Below are positions 6,218 through 15,528 of a stretch of 59,455 bases of DNA, piece by piece. The stretch covers positions 1 to 59,455 of IMG/VR virus record IMGVR_UViG_3300017911_002575; one strand, 5' to 3'. The position numbers and the translations under genes were made by a program. Each line of letters opens with the position of its first letter. Position 1 is the first letter of the stretch. The DNA comes from a virus (lineage: Duplodnaviria > Caudoviricetes). The notes under the pieces were generated by a model, which saw only the letters and a list, made by a program, of their open reading frames with translations, was not told where the DNA came from and made no database searches.

Positions 6218-9200
6218 ATGGCCGAAGTATCAAAATTACCTGGAGATGGTGAATCTGTAGGCGTCAATCAAATTCGCAATAAAGTCAATGAAATAATTGA
6301 CCGAGGAGTTGGAGGCGGAAGTGGTGCTTCTATTGATGTTGGAATCGCTGGAGATTATGGAAACAATTTGGCCAACCAGATAGAGGTTTCTCCCTCGCCT
6401 GGATCAATATCCAATGAGGGATTGCGAAACACTAGCACTACTTATATTCCAAATGGAGGCACTGAGAGGATAGCCGACTTTCCGATTCATCAAAATCGTA
6501 TAACCGATGAAACAGGAATCAATATGTTTGCTATTTTAGTGAATGGAAAATTATATACCTCTACAGGAAACTTGCAGCACGGAAGTGATGCTGTGTTTGT
6601 TGGCTCTGGAACAAATTCCTCTGTGCGTCCTGGCTTGGAAAATATGCGTGAATTTCATATGGGAGGATATTACAACAATAAACCTGATGTTCAAGTACTT
6701 GATTTTTATCTTGGTTTAAGTTTTTCTGCAGTTCTAATGAGTGATGGCGTTTTGTGGGGCTGGGGACCAAACAATCATGGTCAACTTGCTCAGGGCAATA
6801 CCACAACCTACTATCATCCAGTTGTAATTGATACAAATGTTATAAGAATGTGGGCTCCCAAAGGAACTCAGCAATATATGACTTCTTACAATAGACACGC
6901 TTCATTGTATTGGAAAACTTCCAAGGATTATTATTATCAAATACGATGCGCGGGATATAATGGTAACGGTGTGCTTGGAGACGGAACAACAACAAACACT
7001 GGCACTAGTTCGAAACCATATGTAATTACACAATGGAATCATTTGCATCAGTATACTGATTATCGATTAAAAAACGTATACAATTTTAGCGGTGCCGGAG
7101 GTTTCGTTTTTATTGTTTTGCAGCATAATCAAGATGCGCGCGTGCAAAATGTTATTGCGTGCGGATACAATGACAAAAGTAATTTGGGGATCGATTTGTA
7201 TGATTCGCACACGAGTTTCGGTCCTTCCAAAAACTCCCAAAATAGCGGTTTTCCGGTTATCATGCCATCCGCTACGGTGAACGTTAAGAAATGGTTATGG
7301 TGTCTAGATAGCCAGGGAAATCCAAGCTGGACTCCAACTTGGCGTTGTTTTCTTGATAGTTGTTTGATAGAAATCATGGGTTTTTTTGGGGGCTTTCATC
7401 ATGGATCTGGTACTGGCAATTTCAATCCATGGGCTATGTGTTGGAGTCGTGTTTGGACAGGTTATGGAAATACACAGGGCGACTTTTTAAGAGCGGCTGG
7501 CTCGAATGAATATAGTCAACTTGGAGCTTTAGAAAAAGGCTTCGGAACAACATCCGCAAAAAGCACCAACTATAAAACTTTTAAATATATTGCTCCAAAA
7601 ACCGGCGGTTATACATGGGATGAAGCTTTAGCAGACGTTGTAAATAATGGTATTGCATCCGCAAAGCTTGCAGCTCCATCAAGTCGATCAGATTGGAACC
7701 GTATGAGTGTTAATATTGCTGAGAATTTTTCTCTTCCAGGATCACAAGATTTGCATCATGGTTGGTTGGCATTAACTGATGAAGAAGGAGAAGGTTTTTG
7801 GAAAAATTATCACACCAACATACAAGTTGATAAAAGCATGATTCCTTGGTCCAGACCCCAAGCAGATGACTCGGGCTCCTCAAAATATTTCCAAGGTTAT
7901 GCAGAATATGTTTATTATGCTTTAGGACAAAATCTTCGAAAAGAAGCTTTTACTGAGTCTACATATCAAGGTTCCGGAGAAGCAGATGGAATTCGAGCTG
8001 ATAACTACTTTACTAATTCTACTCATCGTGTTGGCAGAGGAATGCATGATATGATATCTATTGGTAGAGGAGAAACAACTAGTAAAAATTATGTTTTTGT
8101 AGCAGACACTCATTGCACCAACACAACAATACCAACTTTTAAAACTAGAATATGGAGATCAGAGTCTACTACTTCAAGAGGTAGTTATGCAGATGTATCT
8201 ATAGAAAGTAATTTCAGTGTTAGCAATATTCATACGTTCTGTAATTCGCAAAACGGATATAAATTGCATTATGTGAATCCATATATTGGTAAATTTGTTC
8301 ATTTGGATGATATTGGAGATCTTGTTTATATTAGTTGGCACCACGATAACAATCAATTGGTATGCGCAAGAACTGCGGATCTAGGAAGTAATTGGACATA
8401 CAATTACTCTACCATAGAAGGAGCATGGGGTCAAAGAAGTGCAGATGCGAATATAAACGTCGCCGCACCTGGTGTGCATACAGATGGAGGCGTCACATCT
8501 GCTGTTTATTTGGGTCAAGGAGTTATTGTTGCCGCATTTGGAGGGGCGAACCCTTATTCTGCACGAGGATTAATGGAAACAAACCCCAACCAAGCTTTAT
8601 TGGTTAGAAGTTTTGATTATGGAAAAAATTGGCACATGATTGGAGACGCAGATATGCAGTATACATTTTCAAACTTAAACCCCAAAGCATATACGACAAG
8701 TCATTTTCATGTCGGAAGATATCACGATGTTCTCAGCAACAAATATCGTTTAATATGTTTTGCTGGTTCTGGTGGAACAACTGGACAAGGTTATTATCAA
8801 ACGCATGCATTTGGTTGGACAATTCCTACAGGTGCGTATGCTCTTGCATACAGCGATGATTTTGGAGACAATTGGAATTGGTGCACGACAAATGGTGATG
8901 TTGAGGTAAATTATAACTTTCTTGATAGTCAAGCATGGCCAGACAATAATTTCTTTCGCGGAGATTCTATACATTTTTGCGAACAACAATCAAAAGTATA
9001 TGCTGTTAACACTTCATTCAAGCAAGCCGAAGAGTGGAACGCTTACGGACAAACTAGGCCAAACTGGGGCGAGCGAGCCCAGGCTTGGACTTTTATTAGC
9101 AGTGACGGTGGAAAATCTTTTGTGGACACCATGAGTTCTGATCATGGCATTATTCAACAAAATGGTGTTTACAACAAGGGAGGTGGGGACTTGCATCGAA

Positions 9201-10618
9201 CAGGAGTTTCTGGAGAAGAAGCTCTTCTTGCAAAGTCTTACAGAAATATAATGAAATTAGAACCTTTTGGAACAGACGGAGTTTTAGTATTTTGGCAGAG
9301 AAATAGTGACCAGGAATATCAAGGTCCAGGGTATGGTACTGGACTTGACAATAGTTCGATCCCTGTTGTAAATTATAGAGATATAGTAACAACCTATGGA
9401 AGTGCTGCTCAACAGCCAGAACACAGAATCACGGCCATATATGATATCATGACCCCAGAAGTTGTAAGAAATGGTCCAAATGTTGCTGATTATTTTTTGA
9501 ACCCATATCATTATAGTTGGGCATCAAATAATACATATAAAAGATTATTTAATGAAGGATCATTTGTGCTTGGTGCTCAACTTGCAAATGGAGACATTAA
9601 TTTTGTGCAAGGTGGATATGGAAACTTGAACACAGGCTCGACTATAGTTGCTTATGCTAAAAAATTTGATCAAACGTTGATCGGTTTCACTCAAGGAGAA
9701 CATTTTGCTCATACAATGGCTGGATCTTTTGTAGGATATGATGAGTGGAGAGATCTAAGCAATAAATCTAGTAACAATCAATTTATATTTCAGGCAGGAG
9801 GAGCTTTATATCCCTTATTGAATGATATAGGAGGTCCATCAACCACAAGATCTTGGGGGGCATATATTGGAAACACAAGATATTTTGGTTATTGGATAGA
9901 AAAAGAAGTAAATATAGATGGTGCACATGGAACTAAATATCTTGCCCGAGATAGTGCAGACGGAAAACCTTGTGTTGATGTTTCAATTCCTGAAATTAAT
10001 AGATTTACAAGTCCAACTGTATCTGCTTCATATACAGATCTTTTTGATGATCCTGTAACTCAAATACGAGACATTCGAACTCATGCCAGCGGTGCTGGAG
10101 GAGTTATCGTTACTTTAAGCAATGGAAAAGTATGGTCAACTGGATACAATGGTTTGAGTCAGCGAGGTAACGGATATTATACAAACGGACTTGTTTTAAC
10201 GACAAATTTGGATTATCCAGTGATGATTCCTTATCCCAGCAAAACTACCTCTGTTGCTGGTTGGGATAAATGCATGTTGGCTATTGCACCTTATGGCACG
10301 CACGATCATTATACTAGTATACTCATGCGAGATCAAGATAATCAATTATGGGGCTGGGGATACAATGCTCATGGAGAACTCGGTGCAGCAAACGATACTC
10401 AACAATCTTTTCCGGTTAAGTCTCTATTACCTGCAAGTGTATTCCCTAGCGTTATGGGTCAAATGTCAACCACCAGTAATGGACCATCTAGTATTATTAT
10501 TTCAACAGAAGGAGATATGTACGCAGCAGGCTACAATGGTCACAATTCTATTGCAGAGGGAGAGGGATGCCCAGCTGAATACAATATATTCATACCAATC
10601 AGAAATCCTTTGCCATAA
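6218..10618 (+). CDS. large tail fibre/receptor-binding protein with RCC1 repeats, C-type lectin-like and Asp-box (BNR) regions
   Basis: RCC1 repeats (LWGWGPNNHGQL, LWGWGYNAHGELG), four Asp-boxes (S/T-x-D-x-G-x-x-W/F), CLECT-like motifs; followed by a fibre chaperone gene. Confidence 0.75.
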   Translation: MAEVSKLPGDGESVGVNQIRNKVNEIIDRGVGGGSGASIDVGIAGDYGNNLANQIEVSPSPGSISNEGLRNTSTTYIPNGGTERIADFPIHQNRITDETGINMFAILVNGKLYTSTGNLQHGSDAVFVGSGTNSSVRPGLENMREFHMGGYYNNKPDVQVLDFYLGLSFSAVLMSDGVLWGWGPNNHGQLAQGNTTTYYHPVVIDTNVIRMWAPKGTQQYMTSYNRHASLYWKTSKDYYYQIRCAGYNGNGVLGDGTTTNTGTSSKPYVITQWNHLHQYTDYRLKNVYNFSGAGGFVFIVLQHNQDARVQNVIACGYNDKSNLGIDLYDSHTSFGPSKNSQNSGFPVIMPSATVNVKKWLWCLDSQGNPSWTPTWRCFLDSCLIEIMGFFGGFHHGSGTGNFNPWAMCWSRVWTGYGNTQGDFLRAAGSNEYSQLGALEKGFGTTSAKSTNYKTFKYIAPKTGGYTWDEALADVVNNGIASAKLAAPSSRSDWNRMSVNIAENFSLPGSQDLHHGWLALTDEEGEGFWKNYHTNIQVDKSMIPWSRPQADDSGSSKYFQGYAEYVYYALGQNLRKEAFTESTYQGSGEADGIRADNYFTNSTHRVGRGMHDMISIGRGETTSKNYVFVADTHCTNTTIPTFKTRIWRSESTTSRGSYADVSIESNFSVSNIHTFCNSQNGYKLHYVNPYIGKFVHLDDIGDLVYISWHHDNNQLVCARTADLGSNWTYNYSTIEGAWGQRSADANINVAAPGVHTDGGVTSAVYLGQGVIVAAFGGANPYSARGLMETNPNQALLVRSFDYGKNWHMIGDADMQYTFSNLNPKAYTTSHFHVGRYHDVLSNKYRLICFAGSGGTTGQGYYQTHAFGWTIPTGAYALAYSDDFGDNWNWCTTNGDVEVNYNFLDSQAWPDNNFFRGDSIHFCEQQSKVYAVNTSFKQAEEWNAYGQTRPNWGERAQAWTFISSDGGKSFVDTMSSDHGIIQQNGVYNKGGGDLHRTGVSGEEALLAKSYRNIMKLEPFGTDGVLVFWQRNSDQEYQGPGYGTGLDNSSIPVVNYRDIVTTYGSAAQQPEHRITAIYDIMTPEVVRNGPNVADYFLNPYHYSWASNNTYKRLFNEGSFVLGAQLANGDINFVQGGYGNLNTGSTIVAYAKKFDQTLIGFTQGEHFAHTMAGSFVGYDEWRDLSNKSSNNQFIFQAGGALYPLLNDIGGPSTTRSWGAYIGNTRYFGYWIEKEVNIDGAHGTKYLARDSADGKPCVDVSIPEINRFTSPTVSASYTDLFDDPVTQIRDIRTHASGAGGVIVTLSNGKVWSTGYNGLSQRGNGYYTNGLVLTTNLDYPVMIPYPSKTTSVAGWDKCMLAIAPYGTHDHYTSILMRDQDNQLWGWGYNAHGELGAANDTQQSFPVKSLLPASVFPSVMGQMSTTSNGPSSIIISTEGDMYAAGYNGHNSIAEGEGCPAEYNIFIPIRNPLP

Positions 10619-10619
10619 A

Positions 10620-11273
10620 ATGAGCCAATATATAAAAATAAATAACGACAATACTGTTATATTCCTTGGCAACAAGTTGTTTGATGAAAATCAGAAATTT
10701 GATGTTTTTTATACTGGAGATATTCCAAATGGAGATTTTTTTATTTGGGATAAAGCTTCAAATAGTATTTTAGAGGATTGTGATACCCGTAGAGAAAAAG
10801 AGTTGGGTTATATTCGTGATGCACGAAATCAACTCCTCAAAGATACAGATTGGATCATTGTAAAATCTCTAGAAAGCGGAGAGATTGATCCAGAATGGAT
10901 CGAGTATCGACAAGAGCTTAGAGATTTACCTTCCCAATATAGTTTAACAGGTTTAATAGATTTTCCGAACCCTCCAATTAGTGGTTTACATGACTCAATA
11001 AACGTTCGAGAATTGCAGCCACATACGGCGCAGATTATTGATTATGATTCTAAAACGAATCAATCAGGCAAAGAAGATTGGGGAGATTGGGAAGGTTTAG
11101 AACAAGAAGTTGAGGAGACCATATCTGGGTCAGGAGTATTTCTTGATAAATACGACTTGATTCCATCTGGAGTCACTGAAGATTTGATGCCTGAATTTTT
11201 AAAAATGTCAATCTGGAACGAACATCTTCAACAATGGATATCAAAGCCAATGCGTTATGAAATTGAAAATTGA
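10620..11273 (+). CDS. tail fibre assembly chaperone
   Basis: IRDARNQLLKDTDW...WIEYRQELRDLP signature; true start likely MSQYIK at 10620. Confidence 0.8.
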   Translation: MSQYIKINNDNTVIFLGNKLFDENQKFDVFYTGDIPNGDFFIWDKASNSILEDCDTRREKELGYIRDARNQLLKDTDWIIVKSLESGEIDPEWIEYRQELRDLPSQYSLTGLIDFPNPPISGLHDSINVRELQPHTAQIIDYDSKTNQSGKEDWGDWEGLEQEVEETISGSGVFLDKYDLIPSGVTEDLMPEFLKMSIWNEHLQQWISKPMRYEIEN

Positions 11274-11571
11274 ATCTGAGCTTAGCACTCCTCCTAGCGA
11301 GGTTTCTTGCTTTAGAGATGTAACATTATACGCAAAAAATTTTGTGTTTGATGATGTTATTATGGTTTGCCCCCCTGGTACTCGCACGATGTATTGGAAT
11401 TGGCTAAAAACTTATGGAGCACACGATTTTATAAGTTATCTTATGCGTTCAGACGAAAAAGAGCCCGGATATAGCATGGGAACTACTCCGGGCTCTAATA
11501 TAGTAACAGACCGTATCGCCTGCTATAACCTAAACGAAATTATTGGTTTGTTGAGGCAGGTTCGTTGCTAA
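11257..11571 (+). CDS. hypothetical protein
   Basis: ORF track; overlaps the upstream gene. Confidence 0.65.
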   Translation: MKLKIESELSTPPSEVSCFRDVTLYAKNFVFDDVIMVCPPGTRTMYWNWLKTYGAHDFISYLMRSDEKEPGYSMGTTPGSNIVTDRIACYNLNEIIGLLRQVRC

Positions 11572-11851
11572 CCTGATCAACTGCTTGCTGCGCAGCATTT
11601 TGAGCCTCTTCTTGCTGCTTTTTTGCTGTTTCAAGTAATTCCTTAACTTCTTCATCATTCATGCTTCCAACTTGATTCTCGGCTTGCTCCATGGCTTTGT
11701 TTTGAGTTAGCTGAATTAGTGCATTTAGTGATACTTGAGCTAGCGCTTCGGCAAGATTGGTTCTTGCTAATAATTGATTTGCAATAAGAATTTGCGCGTC
11801 TTTGCGTTCAGGCGATACTGTTTGTTTTGATGTTTGATTTTCGTTTGTCAT
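11540..11851 (-). CDS. hypothetical Q/E/A-rich helical protein
   Basis: ORF track; TATAAT 5 nt upstream of ATG. Confidence 0.7.
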   Translation of the reverse strand: MTNENQTSKQTVSPERKDAQILIANQLLARTNLAEALAQVSLNALIQLTQNKAMEQAENQVGSMNDEEVKELLETAKKQQEEAQNAAQQAVDQVSNEPASTNQ

Positions 11852-11879
11852 GTTATATTATATGGGGTTTTTCTATTTT

Positions 11880-12086
11880 TTAAATTGGATTATCGTTATT
11901 TTTATAGTATCGATTATATTTTTCTGTCTTTAGTTGTTTGATGATCACCATATCATAAAAAGATTGTACTTGTAGTTTTTGTATTTCTTGTTTTTGGTTT
12001 TCTATTAGTTTGTGCTGATCCCACATAAACCATGCCATGTAAAAAATGAGCAACAAAATACTCGTTCGAATTAATGATTCATTCAT
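11880..12086 (-). CDS. small membrane-anchored coiled-coil protein
   Basis: N-terminal hydrophobic helix followed by heptad pattern. Confidence 0.6.
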   Translation of the reverse strand: MNESLIRTSILLLIFYMAWFMWDQHKLIENQKQEIQKLQVQSFYDMVIIKQLKTEKYNRYYKNNDNPI

Positions 12087-12134
12087 AACGTATGATATTG
12101 TAGAAAATAAAAAATTAAAGTGTAAAATATTTTA

Positions 12135-12626
12135 ATGAGCAAAATGATTCATACATTACCTTTGTTGGACCCAGCAGAATTTAATCCTTCTACCGATTAT
12201 CTGATTATGCAGAAAATTAATGGGCCAACATACAAATGTAGGGGAACAACTTTTGTGAGAAAATCAGATTCTGGCTTAAAGTTTTTATCTACTCCTATAC
12301 AAATAGGACATGGTTCACGAGGGGCAGATATATCTCGTACAGTTACCGAATTGGATACTCCAGACCACCCGAATGCACACACAGCCTTATTATCGGTAAG
12401 GTCAGATCACGGATATTATCCGTCATGTACTTTTTATTATTATTCATCTAGCGAACATAGCGACGACTTTAAGCACGTTTTTACTTTACAGGACCAAGGA
12501 ACTTCTCAATCTCTGCATGACCAAATTTTTGTGCCGATAATTGATGGAAAGGTTTACTGGAGTCTTTCTCAAAGAACGCATCACAGCTGTAACTCTTGGG
12601 TTTACTGGCACGGGTATATGGTATGA
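12135..12626 (+). CDS. putative virion protein, paralogue 1 of 3
   Basis: Shares motifs with the next two ORFs (LIMQKINGPTYK, VPIIDGKVYW); GTGTA promoter. Confidence 0.7.
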   Translation: MSKMIHTLPLLDPAEFNPSTDYLIMQKINGPTYKCRGTTFVRKSDSGLKFLSTPIQIGHGSRGADISRTVTELDTPDHPNAHTALLSVRSDHGYYPSCTFYYYSSSEHSDDFKHVFTLQDQGTSQSLHDQIFVPIIDGKVYWSLSQRTHHSCNSWVYWHGYMV

Positions 12627-13150
12627 AAAAATCAGTCCAAGATTTACCTTTTGTTCCTGATGATTTTGATTTAAAAGATTATGCGTTTTTGTTTCATGAT
12701 TCAAATGGAGTTGCTAGATCATCAAAGTTATCGAATTACGCAACCGTACTTTCTGGCAAGCCTAAGTTTTTAGACAAGCGTCAATCTTTTCCTTTGCTTG
12801 TTAGTGACGATTCTGGGAATAATGATATCTATCATAACGGAAAGAATTTTGCTGTAGACTTAAGTGAACATGTTCCGCCTTACGCCAAGGTTGCGTTTTG
12901 TAATTTTTATTATAGTCATGATGGTACGGGCGGAAGTTGGATCAAGATATATTCAGATGCAACATATACAGATGGATATTTCGCAAAGGTTTCTGCGACA
13001 GGTGATAAATGGAAGTCACGCAAACATAGGTTTGGAATAAATGTTGAAGTGCCAATTATTAATCAGCATATTTATGTTTGGGTTAGAAGCCATGACTCCT
13101 ACTACGATCATAATAATAATGTTGCAGTATTTCTTCACGCTTGGATGTAA
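12623..13150 (+). CDS. putative virion protein, paralogue 2 of 3
   Basis: VPIINQHIYVW; ATGA overlap with the upstream gene. Confidence 0.7.
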   Translation: MKKSVQDLPFVPDDFDLKDYAFLFHDSNGVARSSKLSNYATVLSGKPKFLDKRQSFPLLVSDDSGNNDIYHNGKNFAVDLSEHVPPYAKVAFCNFYYSHDGTGGSWIKIYSDATYTDGYFAKVSATGDKWKSRKHRFGINVEVPIINQHIYVWVRSHDSYYDHNNNVAVFLHAWM

Positions 13151-13635
13151 TGAAAAAAACTATCGAAGAGTTTGAATCTTTTGAGGATTCCGGCACAGAA
13201 TTTATTGACACCAATCAGTATGTTCTAGTACAAAAACCAAACGGAACTTTATATAAAATGCTCTCATCTGCCATAATTCTTCAGTCGAGTAATGGAATTG
13301 AATATTTAAAAAATTCAGTTGAGGTCGCTAATGGCGTAGGAACATCTCAAGAGCATACGTTTTCTGTTGGTGGACTTTTTTCCAAAAACGTTTCTGCGGT
13401 AATGGCGTCTATAGAACTTGTTCCAAGCGCACATCCAAATACTTACTTGTATTTTTATACAAAAGCTGATCGATCTGATGAATCAAAGCATACTTTTCGT
13501 TTAAGTCAATCTGATAAAGCTCAACACAGTGGGCATTTTTTTTGGCTTCCTGTGATTAATGGTTCGGTATATATAAAGTATACCATGTCTCGAAGCAATA
13601 ACCGTACCTCAACCAAGTTGATTGCGGGTATTTAA
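13150..13635 (+). CDS. putative virion protein, paralogue 3 of 3
   Basis: VLVQKPNGTLYK, LPVINGSVYI; TAATG overlap. Confidence 0.7.
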   Translation: MKKTIEEFESFEDSGTEFIDTNQYVLVQKPNGTLYKMLSSAIILQSSNGIEYLKNSVEVANGVGTSQEHTFSVGGLFSKNVSAVMASIELVPSAHPNTYLYFYTKADRSDESKHTFRLSQSDKAQHSGHFFWLPVINGSVYIKYTMSRSNNRTSTKLIAGI

Positions 13636-13823
13636 TTTTTCTTACCTTTAATTCTTTTTATTTCGTCGGGCAATATCTTGATCACTTTGTCGGTCTTGTT
13701 TTCCATCATCAATTCTGCAGGTGTTGCTCCATTCAGTCGAGCATTTTCTGTTTTTAGCCAACATGTTGATTGATAGGAATTTAAATTTTTACTGAGTGTT
13801 TCAAGGATGTTTTTTTGTGACAT
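13632..13823 (-). CDS. Xre/MbcA/ParS antitoxin C-terminal-like domain protein (DUF2384-like)
   Basis: WLKTENARLNGATPAELM matches W(L)..PN..L.G..P..LL; GTGTA-N9-ATG supports the 13823 start. Confidence 0.7.
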   Translation of the reverse strand: MSQKNILETLSKNLNSYQSTCWLKTENARLNGATPAELMMENKTDKVIKILPDEIKRIKGKKN

Positions 13824-13875
13824 ATAGTATATTACACATTTTTTTTTATTTTTAAATTTGGTGTATACCATTTAT

Positions 13876-14310
13876 ATGGGTCCAATACTTAATACTATTA
13901 TAGGGGCTGGAATAAAGCTTGGTTGTAATTTGCTGAATTCGTGGCTTGAACAAAAGAGGCAAGATCAATTGGCGCTTGCTGCACGCGACGACAAAATGCT
14001 CGATGCGTTAATCAGAAGTCAAGCGGAAAATGCGAGCGATCCATTTGTAAAGGTTACTCGCAGAATATTGTTTATGAGTATAACATTTACTATGTGTTTT
14101 TTGATGATTTATTATGCATTCAATCCAGACATACAATACAATATAATTGTGCCAAAAGGAGATAGTGGTAAATTGGGATTTTTTAGTTGGATATTTGGCG
14201 GCAAAGACTGGGAGATGGTCACTATGACTGGCGGCTTGATGCTTGCATCGTTTATGGATCTTTGCTTTATGGTTGTGGGATTTTATGCAATCCCAAGTAA
14301 AAGAAGATGA
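13876..14310 (+). CDS. putative holin-like membrane protein
   Basis: N-terminal amphipathic helix, two hydrophobic segments, basic C-terminus (SKRR). Confidence 0.5.
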   Translation: MGPILNTIIGAGIKLGCNLLNSWLEQKRQDQLALAARDDKMLDALIRSQAENASDPFVKVTRRILFMSITFTMCFLMIYYAFNPDIQYNIIVPKGDSGKLGFFSWIFGGKDWEMVTMTGGLMLASFMDLCFMVVGFYAIPSKRR

Positions 14311-14537
14311 GGATTTTAATATTGTTTTGCTTGATGCTTGCTGGCTGTATGACCAAAAATTTAGATAATATAGATAATAAAAAAATAGAGTTAACTTCTG
14401 AGCCTATAGAGTTATCAGTAGCTGACTTGAAAGAATCCCAAAAGCATGATATCGAAACTCCTGTTAAATATTTTCTATATATAATTGGAGCAGTAATGCT
14501 TTTGAATTTCTCTTTAATATTTTTTAAAAATGAATAG
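14307..14537 (+). CDS. lipoprotein with C-terminal TM helix (possible unimolecular spanin)
   Basis: LAGC lipobox plus C-terminal hydrophobic helix. Confidence 0.5.
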   Translation: MRILILFCLMLAGCMTKNLDNIDNKKIELTSEPIELSVADLKESQKHDIETPVKYFLYIIGAVMLLNFSLIFFKNE

Positions 14538-15120
14538 CGGATTAGATATAATAAGCGTGTTAACCGGCGTTGTGTCTTGCGCAACTGCTGTTGTAGGTAT
14601 GTGGCTTAAGCTTAAATTTGACGAGCGTAAAAGCAAACAATTGAATTATGATCCAAACCTCCATGGAAGTGTGATTTCTGCATTAGAATTTACTATGTCC
14701 GAAACAGAAGCTGATAGAGTATATGTCATGGAGTTTCATAATGGAGAAAATTATTTTTCTGGCAAAAGTCAACAAAAATTAAGTTGCACTTATGAGGTTG
14801 TAAGCGAAGGTATTTCGTGCGAGTATACAAAACTTCAAAACATCAGAGTTTCTAATATGCATTCTATGGTGCAAGAAATTGCAAAAGAAAAACCTTTTCT
14901 GTGTGACTCTATCGATGGTTACAGTGAAGACATCTCTTTTAAATCATTTCTTCAAGAAAAAGGAGTAAAGAGTATGTTCGCTCAACCAGTCAAAAGTTTA
15001 AATGGTAAAATACTTGGTATTATAATTATTGAATATGTGAAGGAGCAAAGAGCTTGGGGAGATAATGCTCAAGAGTTTATGGAAAAACAGGCGCGAGTTA
15101 TAAGCGGTTATTTGATATAA
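14530..15120 (+). CDS. membrane-anchored GAF-domain protein
   Basis: N-terminal TM; ADRVYVMEFHNG...GVKSMFAQPV..LNGKILGII GAF pattern. Confidence 0.65.
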   Translation: MNSGLDIISVLTGVVSCATAVVGMWLKLKFDERKSKQLNYDPNLHGSVISALEFTMSETEADRVYVMEFHNGENYFSGKSQQKLSCTYEVVSEGISCEYTKLQNIRVSNMHSMVQEIAKEKPFLCDSIDGYSEDISFKSFLQEKGVKSMFAQPVKSLNGKILGIIIIEYVKEQRAWGDNAQEFMEKQARVISGYLI

Positions 15121-15150
15121 TTATATTTTAGGCTATAATATAAATATATT

Positions 15151-15528
15151 ATGGCTTTCTCATATTGTCCTCACTGTGGTTATAAAAATATGTATTCCTT
15201 GCAAGCTCCTAAATTTTGTGGAGGTTGTGGAGAAGGTTTAAGCATATTGTCTGCTGCTAAAAGCAGTCCTTCCAGCCCAACAACTGGAAAGAAATTAGTT
15301 CGTCGTCCTGCGCCTGCACGAAGTAGGTTCCAGGAAATAGAGGTTGATGATCCAGATGGAACAGATGTCTACCAGGTCCCCAGCATAACAAAATTGTCTT
15401 ATAGTATAGAGCAAGACAAAAATAAATTTGATTTAAAAGATGTAGTATCTTTAGAGCAAATTGAAGCTATGTCTAAATCCGAAGAAAAGAAACCTAAAAA
15501 ACGTGGCAGACCAAGAAAAAAGTCCTAA
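15151..15528 (+). CDS. zinc-ribbon protein with C-terminal AT-hook-like motif
   Basis: CPHCG...FCGGCG; KRGRPRK. Confidence 0.75.
   Translation: MAFSYCPHCGYKNMYSLQAPKFCGGCGEGLSILSAAKSSPSSPTTGKKLVRRPAPARSRFQEIEVDDPDGTDVYQVPSITKLSYSIEQDKNKFDLKDVVSLEQIEAMSKSEEKKPKKRGRPRKKS

Noticed and set aside
6218-10618. Diversity-generating retroelement target
   Set aside because: No reverse transcriptase and no TR/VR repeat pair seen in the window
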